Both the position numbers and the translations under genes were made by a program. This document shows positions 9,340 through 16,629 of a stretch of 37,437 bases of DNA, one piece after another. The DNA lies in the NCBI GenBank assembly GCA_009784635.1, contig WRBG01000001.1, forward strand, positions 1 to 37,437, read 5' to 3'. Under the pieces are notes generated by a model. That model made no database searches, was not told the origin of the DNA, and saw only the letters and a program-made list of their open reading frames with translations. The DNA comes from Bacteroidales bacterium (GTDB taxonomy: Bacteria; Bacteroidota; Bacteroidia; Bacteroidales; UBA932). Positions within the stretch are counted from its first letter, which is position 1, and each line of letters begins with the position of its first letter.

Positions 9340-11570
9340 CTCATCTTCCCCATTTGATTGCTGACCTCGGCTTGATTCTAATCATCGCCGGAGTCGTAAC
9401 CTTGATTTTCAAGTTTCTCAAACAGCCCTTGGTGCTGGGGTACATTGTGGCAGGAATTTTGGTCAGTCCCCATTTTATTGTGTTCCCTTCGGTCGCCGAT
9501 ATGAACAACATTAAAGTTTGGTCCGAAATCGGGGTAATCATTCTGCTTTTTGCTCATGGTATCGAATTTAGTTTCAAAAAGTTGCTCAATGTGGGAACCA
9601 CAGCTACGGTTGCGGGAGTCATCAGTATTGTGTCCATGCTGTTAATCGGCTATCTTGCCGGACTGATGATGGGATTGAGCGAAGTAGCGAGCATCTTTTT
9701 TGGGGGTATGTTGTCTATGTCGTCCACTACAATCATCATCAAGGCGTTTGGAGATATGGGCTGGCAAAAAAAACGATTTGCCCGTATCGTATGCGGGGTA
9801 TTGATTGTAGAAGACCTTGCCGCCATTCTGATGCTGGTTGTTTTCACCGCTTTGGCTACCGTTCATTCGGCCGGCGAATCAAATGCTGCCGACATTATAC
9901 ATACCACGCTGGTGTTGGGCGTATTTGTATTGACTTGCGGGGCCATCGGGATTTTCATCATTCCCACGCTGCTCAAAAAACTCAAGAAATTCCTTAGCGA
10001 TGAAACCCTGCTGATTATATCGCTCGGCCTGTGCCTCGGTATGGTTATTTTTTCGGACTATTTGGGATATTCGGTGGCATTGGGCGCGTTCATGATGGGG
10101 GCTATTTTGGCCGAGACCGTCGAGGCAAGGCGGATAGAATATCTGATTAATCCGCTGAAAGACCTTTTTGGGGCCATCTTTTTTGTGTCGGTCGGCATGA
10201 TGGTGGTTCCGGAAACATTGGTGGAGTACGCCGGCATCATTGCCATAGTTACGGTCATCGTGCTTGTGGGCAGGATTGTTTTTGACAGCCTTGGCGTACT
10301 TGCCTCGGGCGAAGGATTAAAAACTTCGCTGCAATCGGGTATGAGTTTGGCCCAAATCGGGGAGTTTTCCTTTATCATTGCCGTGGTGGGTATCAATTTG
10401 AGGGTGTTGGACGACTTCATCTTTGACGTAATCGTGGCGGTTTCTGTGATTACTACATTTACAACGCCTTACTGCATCAAATATTCGGAATCCTGTTATA
10501 AATTCATCGAAAAAAGATTTCCGGCTAAATGGCAGGTACTCATTTACGGATATGGAGCGTCTCAGTATAGGACCATCAACGAAATCTCCCATGTGAAGCA
10601 CATTTTAAAAACAACCCTGCCCCCGTTTTTTATCTACTCGTCGCTTTTGGGAGTGGTTGCCATTATATCGCAGCGCGTCATCGTTCCATACATCACAGAA
10701 CAAATACCTTCTACGATTGGCTCCCTGTTGGCGGCGACTGTATGTATCGGCGTCATGGCCCCGTTTATCTTTGCCATGGCCGGCCGGAAAAAAAGCAGGG
10801 AATTGTATAAAGAACTGTGGGATACCCACACGGTAAACAAAATAGTCATTCTTTCGGTAATACTTCTAAAACTTGCGGCATGCGTAGGTTTTGTGATGTA
10901 CATCCTGTTGTGGATTTTTCCTCAATACAAAGCCTTGATTTTGCTGGCCTCCATCATCATTATCACAGCCATTGTGATGATACAGGGCTTCATTGCCCAG
11001 TCAGACATCATGGAACAGCATTTTATTGATAACTTTCGCAATACGGAAGATGCCATTAACGAACGCAGCAAAAAACAGCTGACCAACAACAATATTCACA
11101 TTGAGGAAATCATTGTATCGCCCGACACCCCTATTGTGGGTAAAACGCTGGGAGAACTTGATTTATTCAATCGTACGGGAGCAAATATCGTCTCCATAGA
11201 AAGGGGTTCAGATAGAATCAATATCCCCGGCAGGGATACCATGATTTTTCCTTACGACAGGCTGATTGTAGCGGCTACCGACGAGGGATTGAACGACTTG
11301 ACTGCGGCATTAAGTGAAATCAGCAGCAAGCAAGCCGATTCTCCCAAGGAGCAAATCAACATATCTTTATACGAGATTGCCTCGGGAAATATGTATATCG
11401 GGAGGCAGATAAGCGAATTAGACCTGCGGGATAAACATCAATGTATGATTATCGGAATTGACAGGAACGAGAGTTCCATGCCCAGATTCTCCGGCGATAC
11501 CGTGCTTATGGAAGGAGATATATTGTGGCTGGCGGGAGAACAGGACAAATTAGACACGTTTGAGCTGTAA
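9336..11570 (+). CDS. CPA2-family cation:proton antiporter with two C-terminal RCK_C (TrkA-C) domains
   Basis: 744 aa. About 12 hydrophobic helices in the N-terminal 550 aa (Na+/H+ exchanger-like). Two RCK_C-like repeats follow: IVGKTLGELDLFNRTGANIVSIERG and YIGRQISELDLRDKHQCMIIGIDRN. The ATG overlaps the dxs stop (ATGA). Confidence 0.8.
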   Translation: MTHLPHLIADLGLILIIAGVVTLIFKFLKQPLVLGYIVAGILVSPHFIVFPSVADMNNIKVWSEIGVIILLFAHGIEFSFKKLLNVGTTATVAGVISIVSMLLIGYLAGLMMGLSEVASIFFGGMLSMSSTTIIIKAFGDMGWQKKRFARIVCGVLIVEDLAAILMLVVFTALATVHSAGESNAADIIHTTLVLGVFVLTCGAIGIFIIPTLLKKLKKFLSDETLLIISLGLCLGMVIFSDYLGYSVALGAFMMGAILAETVEARRIEYLINPLKDLFGAIFFVSVGMMVVPETLVEYAGIIAIVTVIVLVGRIVFDSLGVLASGEGLKTSLQSGMSLAQIGEFSFIIAVVGINLRVLDDFIFDVIVAVSVITTFTTPYCIKYSESCYKFIEKRFPAKWQVLIYGYGASQYRTINEISHVKHILKTTLPPFFIYSSLLGVVAIISQRVIVPYITEQIPSTIGSLLAATVCIGVMAPFIFAMAGRKKSRELYKELWDTHTVNKIVILSVILLKLAACVGFVMYILLWIFPQYKALILLASIIIITAIVMIQGFIAQSDIMEQHFIDNFRNTEDAINERSKKQLTNNNIHIEEIIVSPDTPIVGKTLGELDLFNRTGANIVSIERGSDRINIPGRDTMIFPYDRLIVAATDEGLNDLTAALSEISSKQADSPKEQINISLYEIASGNMYIGRQISELDLRDKHQCMIIGIDRNESSMPRFSGDTVLMEGDILWLAGEQDKLDTFEL

Positions 11571-11594
11571 AACGCTCCTGCTTTTTACTTTTTT

Positions 11595-11624
11595 TTTGTA
11601 AATCAGAAAAAAGAGCTATCTTTG
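11595..11624 (+). promoter_or_regulatory. Candidate Bacteroidetes sigma-A type promoter for the tRNA-tuf operon
   Basis: TTTG at 11595-11598 and TAtcTTTG at 11617-11624 match the -33 TTTG / -7 TAnnTTTG consensus. The spacer is 18 nt, slightly shorter than the usual 19-21. The predicted start lies a few nt before tRNA-Thr at 11639. Motif match only. Confidence 0.45.
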
Positions 11625-11638
11625 CCGCTCCAAAAATT

Positions 11639-11712
11639 GCCGATGTAGCTCAGTTGGCCAGAGCAGCTGATTTGTAATCAGCTGGTCGGGGGTTCGAATC
11701 CCTCCATCGGCT
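11639..11712 (+). tRNA. tRNA-Thr (anticodon TGT)
   Basis: Hand-folded cloverleaf of 74 nt. Acceptor GCCGATG/CATCGGC, D arm GCTC..GAGC, anticodon stem GCTGA/TCAGC with loop TTTGTAA, and T loop TTCGAAT. CCA is not encoded. Confidence 0.9.
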
Positions 11713-11751
11713 CTGCATCTACAGAGGTGAAACGTAGTTCTTTAACATATC

Positions 11752-11834
11752 GGGGAGATACCAAAGTGGCCAACTGGGGCAGACTGTAAATCTGTTGTCG
11801 CACGACTTCGGAGGTTCGAATCCTCCTCTCCCCA
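11752..11834 (+). tRNA. tRNA-Tyr (anticodon GTA), long variable arm
   Basis: 83 nt. Acceptor GGGGAGA/TCTCCCC, anticodon loop CTGTAAA, long variable arm, and T arm GGAGG-TTCGAAT-CCTCC. Confidence 0.9.
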
Positions 11835-12012
11835 CAAACCAAAAACAACTCCTGCCGAGAGGCAAGAGTAACAAACGAAAAAATGTAGCGCAAATTCATT
11901 TGCAGGTAAATTTTTGAACTTGTTCCGGCAGAGCCGGGGGGTTGTTTTTAGTTTGAAGTCCCCCTTATAGGATCAGCGAGCGCAGCGAGCTAATCCTCTT
12001 TGACATACACAT

Positions 12013-12085
12013 GCGGAAGTAGCTCAGTCGGTAGAGCATCAGCCTTCCAAGCTGAGGGTCGCGGGTTCGAACCTCGTCTTCCGCT
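12013..12085 (+). tRNA. tRNA-Gly (anticodon TCC)
   Basis: 73 nt. Acceptor GCGGAAG/CTTCCGC, anticodon stem TCAGC/GCTGA with loop CTTCCAA, and T loop TTCGAAC. Confidence 0.9.
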
Positions 12086-12118
12086 CTACAAATCACTTCG
12101 CTCTGGCGAAGCGGACAG

Positions 12119-12190
12119 GCCAGCGTAGCTCAGGGGTAGAGCGCTTCCTTGGTAAGGAAGAGGTCGCGAGTTCAATTCTCGCCGCCGGCT
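12119..12190 (+). tRNA. tRNA-Thr (anticodon GGT)
   Basis: 72 nt. Anticodon stem CTTCC/GGAAG with loop TTGGTAA, and T arm GCGAG-TTCAATT-CTCGC. Acceptor GCCAGCG/CGCCGGC contains one A4:C69 mismatch. Confidence 0.85.
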
Positions 12191-12230
12191 CAAAATTAGT
12201 AAATAACAAACATTAAACATTATATCAATT

Positions 12231-13418
12231 ATGGCAAAAGAAACTTTTAAAAGGGACAAGCCGCACGTAAATGTTGGTACCATTGGTCACGTTGACCATG
12301 GCAAAACCACCCTAACTGCGGCTATCACCATGGTATTGGCAAAAAAAGGCCTTTCCGAGCAACGCTCGTTCGACTCTATTGACAACGCTCCCGAAGAAAA
12401 AGAGCGTGGTATCACCATCAACACTGCCCATGTTGAGTACCAAACAGCCAACCGCCACTATGCCCACGTAGACTGTCCGGGCCACGCCGACTATGTGAAA
12501 AACATGGTGACAGGCGCCGCTCAGATGGACGGCGCGATTATTGTGGTAGCCGCCACCGACGGCCCCATGCCCCAAACCCGCGAACACATTCTGCTGGCGC
12601 GTCAGGTGAACGTACCCCGTATTGTAGTATACCTCAACAAGGTTGACTTGGTTGACGACCCCGAAATGTTGGACCTTGTAGAAATGGAAGTACGCGAACT
12701 TTTGAGTTTCTACAGTTTTGACGGCGACAACGCCCCCGTAATCCGCGGGTCTGCTTTGGCCGCTCTGAACGGAGACGCCGAAGGAGAAGCCAAAGTGATG
12801 GAATTGATGGATGCTGTTGACTCTTACATTCCCATTCCTCCACGCGAAAACGAAAAACCTTTTGTAATGCCCGTAGAAGACGTGTTCTCTATCACCGGTC
12901 GCGGTACCGTGGCTACAGGACGTATTGAAACCGGCGTAATTAAAACAGGAGAAGAAGTGGAAGTCATTGGCTTGGGCGAAAAGCCGAGGAAAACAGTCGT
13001 TACCGGCGTAGAAATGTTCCGCAAAATCCTCGACAGAGGCGAAGCCGGCGACAACGTAGGTTTGCTCCTCCGTGGTATTGACAAAAAAGAAATCAAACGC
13101 GGACAGGTAATTGCAAAGCCCGGAACCATTACCCCCCACAAACTGTTCCAAGCTGAGATTTACGTGCTTAAGAAAGAAGAAGGCGGACGCCACACTCCTT
13201 TCCACAACAACTACCGTCCCCAATTCTTCCTGCGCACCCTTGACGTTACCGGTGAAATCCAACTCCCCGAAGGAGTAGAAATGGTTATGCCGGGCGATAA
13301 CGTATCTATCACCGTAGCTTTGATTTACCCCGTAGCCATCAACGAAGGACTCCGCTTTGCTATTCGCGAAGGAGGCCGCACCGTGGGCGCCGGACAGGTA
13401 ACCAAACTATTAGACTAA
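12231..13418 (+). CDS. tuf: Elongation factor Tu
   Basis: 395 aa. [17 protein letters not shown] and NKVD GTPase motifs, and Bacteroides-like over the full length. Confidence 0.98.
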   Translation: MAKETFKRDKPHVNVGTIGHVDHGKTTLTAAITMVLAKKGLSEQRSFDSIDNAPEEKERGITINTAHVEYQTANRHYAHVDCPGHADYVKNMVTGAAQMDGAIIVVAATDGPMPQTREHILLARQVNVPRIVVYLNKVDLVDDPEMLDLVEMEVRELLSFYSFDGDNAPVIRGSALAALNGDAEGEAKVMELMDAVDSYIPIPPRENEKPFVMPVEDVFSITGRGTVATGRIETGVIKTGEEVEVIGLGEKPRKTVVTGVEMFRKILDRGEAGDNVGLLLRGIDKKEIKRGQVIAKPGTITPHKLFQAEIYVLKKEEGGRHTPFHNNYRPQFFLRTLDVTGEIQLPEGVEMVMPGDNVSITVALIYPVAINEGLRFAIREGGRTVGAGQVTKLLD

Positions 13419-13436
13419 TACCCGCATTTCAGGCCG

Positions 13437-13464
13437 GAGTTAGTCCGCTACGGACTAACTCTTT
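13437..13464 (+). terminator. Hairpin plus short T-run after tuf (terminator/attenuator or processing structure)
   Basis: Perfect 11-bp stem GAGTTAGTCCG (13437-13447) / CGGACTAACTC (13451-13461) with loop CTA, followed by TTT. It lies 19 nt after the tuf stop and 13 nt before tRNA-Trp. Confidence 0.5.
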
Positions 13465-13476
13465 GGTCTGCAATAC

Positions 13477-13547
13477 AGGGGCATAGTTCAAGGGTAGAAT
13501 AGCGGTCTCCAAAACCGTTGATGGGCGTTCGAATCGCTCTGCCCCTG
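13477..13547 (+). tRNA. tRNA-Trp (anticodon CCA)
   Basis: 71 nt. Acceptor AGGGGCA/TGCCCCT, anticodon stem GCGGT/ACCGT with loop CTCCAAA, and T loop TTCGAAT. This is the typical position between tuf and secE. Confidence 0.9.
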
Positions 13548-13648
13548 CTAATCTTAGAGGTTACGCAAAAAGATTAGTTAACATAGCCCAAGACCCGCTT
13601 CCAAGGTTAAGGGTATATAACAACAGTACAAAATTAACATGTACCTAA

Positions 13649-13843
13649 ATGAACAAAATTAAAACGTATCTCAAAGACTCATACAACGAGTTGGTACACA
13701 AAGTAACTTGGCCGACTTGGGCTCAGCTGCAAAGCAGTGCGATTGTGGTGATGATTGCTTCGGTCATTTTTGCCGCGGTCATTTTTGCGATGGACGTTGT
13801 GTTTAGAACCATTATGACCAACATTTACAACATGTTGTACTAG
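13649..13843 (+). CDS. secE: Preprotein translocase subunit SecE
   Basis: 64 aa with a single C-terminal TM helix (AIVVMIASVIFAAVIFAMDVVF), in the conserved position immediately upstream of nusG. Confidence 0.85.
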   Translation: MNKIKTYLKDSYNELVHKVTWPTWAQLQSSAIVVMIASVIFAAVIFAMDVVFRTIMTNIYNMLY

Positions 13844-13857
13844 TAAAAGAGCAAGTA

Positions 13858-14406
13858 ATGAATGAAGTTACCAAAAAATGGTATGTCGTCAGAGCGGCCG
13901 GAGGTAAAGAGAAAAAGGCTAAAGAGTACATAGACAACGAGATTAAACGATTGAAGCTCGAAGACTATGTTTCTCAGGTGCTGATTCCTACCGAGAAAAT
14001 TTACCAAATCAAAAACGGTAAAAAAATCAGTAAGGAGCGTATCTTTTACCCCGGGTACATTTTAATCGAAGTCGCGCTAACCGCAGAAATCCAACACTTG
14101 ATTCGGAATGTTACCCATGTTTCCGGCTTCCTTGGCGAGACCAAGGGCGGGCTTCCGGTTCCGCTTCGCCAAAGCGAAGTGAACAGAATTTTGGGTAAGG
14201 TTGATGAGTTGATTGACCGAGAAGAAGAAATCATTACTCCTTTCTTTACCGGAGAAGCAGTCAAGGTGGTAGACGGGCCGTTCAACGGCTTTAACGGCAC
14301 CATCGAGGAAATCTCCGAGGACAAGAAGAAGCTAAAGGTAATGGTTAAAATCTTTGGACGGAAAACGCTGTTGGAGTTAAATTTTGTACAAGTAGAAAAA
14401 GAATAA
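13858..14406 (+). CDS. nusG: Transcription termination/antitermination factor NusG
   Basis: 182 aa. NGN domain (KKWYVVRAAGGKEKKA) and KOW motif (GEAVKVVDGPFNGFNGTIEEI). Confidence 0.95.
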   Translation: MNEVTKKWYVVRAAGGKEKKAKEYIDNEIKRLKLEDYVSQVLIPTEKIYQIKNGKKISKERIFYPGYILIEVALTAEIQHLIRNVTHVSGFLGETKGGLPVPLRQSEVNRILGKVDELIDREEEIITPFFTGEAVKVVDGPFNGFNGTIEEISEDKKKLKVMVKIFGRKTLLELNFVQVEKE

Positions 14407-14418
14407 ACAATTAACATT

Positions 14419-14865
14419 ATGGCTAAAGAAATTGCCGCATTTATAAAATTACAGATTAAAGGCGGTGCTGCAAACCCCTCTCCTCCGGTAGGACCGGCGT
14501 TGGGTTCCAAGGGCGTAAATATCATGGATTTTTGCAAGCAATTCAATGCAAGAACTCAAGATAGGGCCGGTAAAGTTTTGCCTGTGATTATCACTGTATA
14601 CATTGATAAGTCCTTTAACTTTATCGTAAAGAATCCCCCCGTTCCCATCCAGTTGAAAGAAGCCGCCAAAATCCAGTCCGGTTCTCCCGAACCTAACCGG
14701 AAGAAAGTAGCTTCTGTAACATGGGCGCAGGTTCGTCAGATTGCCGAAGATAAAATGCCCGACATGAATGCTTTTACGCTTAAATCGGCTATGAGCATGG
14801 TGGCAGGAACCGCCCGCAGTATGGGCATCAATGTAGAGGGCGCTTTTCCCCAAGATGTAACCTAA
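14419..14865 (+). CDS. rplK: 50S ribosomal protein L11
   Basis: 148 aa. [20 protein letters not shown] is the L11 signature. Confidence 0.97.
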   Translation: MAKEIAAFIKLQIKGGAANPSPPVGPALGSKGVNIMDFCKQFNARTQDRAGKVLPVIITVYIDKSFNFIVKNPPVPIQLKEAAKIQSGSPEPNRKKVASVTWAQVRQIAEDKMPDMNAFTLKSAMSMVAGTARSMGINVEGAFPQDVT

Positions 14866-14880
14866 AAATTTCATGCAGAA

Positions 14881-15582
14881 ATGAGTAAGCTGACAAAAAA
14901 ACAACAAACAGTATACGCTAAGGTCGAACCGACCCGGCAGTATAAGTTGGCCGACGCCTGCAAATTGGTAAAAGAGGTTTCTTATACCAAATTTGATGCT
15001 TCTGTTGACATTGCCGTGCGTCTTGGGGTAGACCCCCGTAAACCCAACCAAATGGTGCGCGGCGTAGTAACCCTTCCGCATGGTACGGGAAAAGTAACCC
15101 GCGTATTGGTACTCTGTACTCCCGACAAAGAGAGCGAGGCCCAAGCTGCCGGAGCCGACCACGTGGGATTAGACGACTACATCGAAAAAATCAAAGGCGG
15201 ATGGACCGATGTGGATGTGATTATTTGTACCCCTGCCGTTATGGCCAAGGTAGGTGCTATTGGTCGCATCTTAGGCCCCCGCGGTTTGATGCCTAACCCT
15301 AAAACGGGTACCGTAACCATGGAAGTCGGCAAGGCCGTCTCTGAGGTAAAAGCGGGTAAAATTGACTTTAAGGTAGACAAACAGGGCATCGTGCATACCA
15401 GCATCGGAAAGGTATCTTTCAGCCCCGAACAACTGTACGAGAACGCCCAAGAACTCTTGAGTACCGTATCGAAATTAAAACCCTCGACCCTAAAAGGCAC
15501 TTATATGAGAAGCATCTACCTGTCCGCGACCATGGGCCCCGGTATCAATGTAGACCTTAAAATAACCGGTGCCGCCGAATAA
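14881..15582 (+). CDS. rplA: 50S ribosomal protein L1
   Basis: 233 aa. L1 family motifs [17 protein letters not shown] and [15 protein letters not shown]. Confidence 0.97.
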   Translation: MSKLTKKQQTVYAKVEPTRQYKLADACKLVKEVSYTKFDASVDIAVRLGVDPRKPNQMVRGVVTLPHGTGKVTRVLVLCTPDKESEAQAAGADHVGLDDYIEKIKGGWTDVDVIICTPAVMAKVGAIGRILGPRGLMPNPKTGTVTMEVGKAVSEVKAGKIDFKVDKQGIVHTSIGKVSFSPEQLYENAQELLSTVSKLKPSTLKGTYMRSIYLSATMGPGINVDLKITGAAE

Positions 15583-15594
15583 AATGAGAAGATT

Positions 15595-16116
15595 ATGCGA
15601 AAAGAAGATAAAACACTGATTATTGAAAATTTGGCAAAACAAATAAGCCAAACGCCTAATTTTTACATAGCGGATATTTCAGGATTAAATGCCGAGAAAA
15701 CGGCCAAATTACGTCGGGAGTGTTACTCTAAAAACATCACCTTGATGGTGGTGAAAAACACTCTGCTGCGTAAGGCTTTGGAGAAAACGGAACATACAGA
15801 AGCCACCCAGCTCTTTCCTATTTTGGAAGGCCCTACTTCTGTACTCTTTACCAACACTGCAAACCTGCCGGCCAAGCTCATCAAAGAGTTTGGAAAACAA
15901 TACGGCAAGCCTGTTCTGAAAGGAGCCTACTTGCAAGAGTGTGCCTACATTGGCGCACAACATCTTGATGCATTGGTCAATATCAAATCCAGAGAAGAAC
16001 TCATCGGGGATATTGTGGCCATGCTTCAAACACCTGCCCGCAACATTATCTCTGCCCTTACATCCGGCGGAGCAAAACTTGCAGGCATTGCGGAAACCTT
16101 GGGTGAACGCAACTAA
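15595..16116 (+). CDS. rplJ: 50S ribosomal protein L10
   Basis: 173 aa, L10-like, in the conserved position between rplA and rplL. Confidence 0.93.
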   Translation: MRKEDKTLIIENLAKQISQTPNFYIADISGLNAEKTAKLRRECYSKNITLMVVKNTLLRKALEKTEHTEATQLFPILEGPTSVLFTNTANLPAKLIKEFGKQYGKPVLKGAYLQECAYIGAQHLDALVNIKSREELIGDIVAMLQTPARNIISALTSGGAKLAGIAETLGERN

Positions 16117-16154
16117 ACACTAAGATATTACAAACAATTTAAAACATAATCATC

Positions 16155-16529
16155 ATGGCAGATCTCAAAAAATTTGCAGAAGAATTAGTAAACCTCACGG
16201 TAAAAGAAGCTCAAGAATTAGCTCAAATTCTCAAAGACGAATACGGTATTGAACCCGCAGCCGCAGCTGTGGCCGTTGCTGCTCCCGCAGGCGGTGGCGC
16301 TCCTGTCGAAGTAGAACAAACACAATTCGACGTAATCCTTACACAACCCGGACAAGCTAAATTACAAATTGTTAAAGCTGTAAAAGAAATTACCGGTTTA
16401 GGCCTCAAAGAAGCCAAGGAATTAGTGGACGCTTATCCCAAGGCGATTAAAGAGAAGGTTTCTAAATCAGAAGCCGAACAGGTAAAGGCCCTACTTGAGG
16501 AGGCAGGCGGAGAAGTTGAAATTAAATAG
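16155..16529 (+). CDS. rplL: 50S ribosomal protein L7/L12
   Basis: 124 aa. Ala-rich hinge [16 protein letters not shown] and C-terminal domain [24 protein letters not shown]. Confidence 0.97.
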   Translation: MADLKKFAEELVNLTVKEAQELAQILKDEYGIEPAAAAVAVAAPAGGGAPVEVEQTQFDVILTQPGQAKLQIVKAVKEITGLGLKEAKELVDAYPKAIKEKVSKSEAEQVKALLEEAGGEVEIK

Positions 16530-16560
16530 ACTACCTTCCCGATTGTCGGGAACGTAATGC

Positions 16561-16593
16561 AGGTTTAGAACCCGACGGGGTTCTAAACCTTTT
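16561..16593 (+). terminator. Strong hairpin plus T-run in the rplL-rpoB spacer (attenuator-type intrinsic terminator)
   Basis: Perfect 13-bp stem AGGTTTAGAACCC (16561-16573) / GGGTTCTAAACCT (16578-16590) with loop GACG, followed by TTT. A second 7-bp hairpin TTCCCGA-ttg-TCGGGAA lies at 16536-16552. Confidence 0.6.
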
Positions 16594-16629
16594 GCCGTAA
16601 CAGTTTATTTTTCAACTAATCCAAATAAG

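Noticed and set aside
11678-12283. Minus-strand ORFs of 73 aa (11678-11899) and 65 aa (12086-12283) across the tRNA cluster
   Set aside because: They run through tRNA-Thr, tRNA-Tyr and tRNA-Thr(GGT) on the opposite strand. The tRNA folds explain the sequence conservation, so a coding role is unlikely.
12312-13262. 316-aa minus-strand ORF antisense to tuf
   Set aside because: It lies completely inside the unambiguous EF-Tu gene. The His/Val/Gly/Phe-rich composition is typical of a shadow ORF, and there is no recognisable domain.
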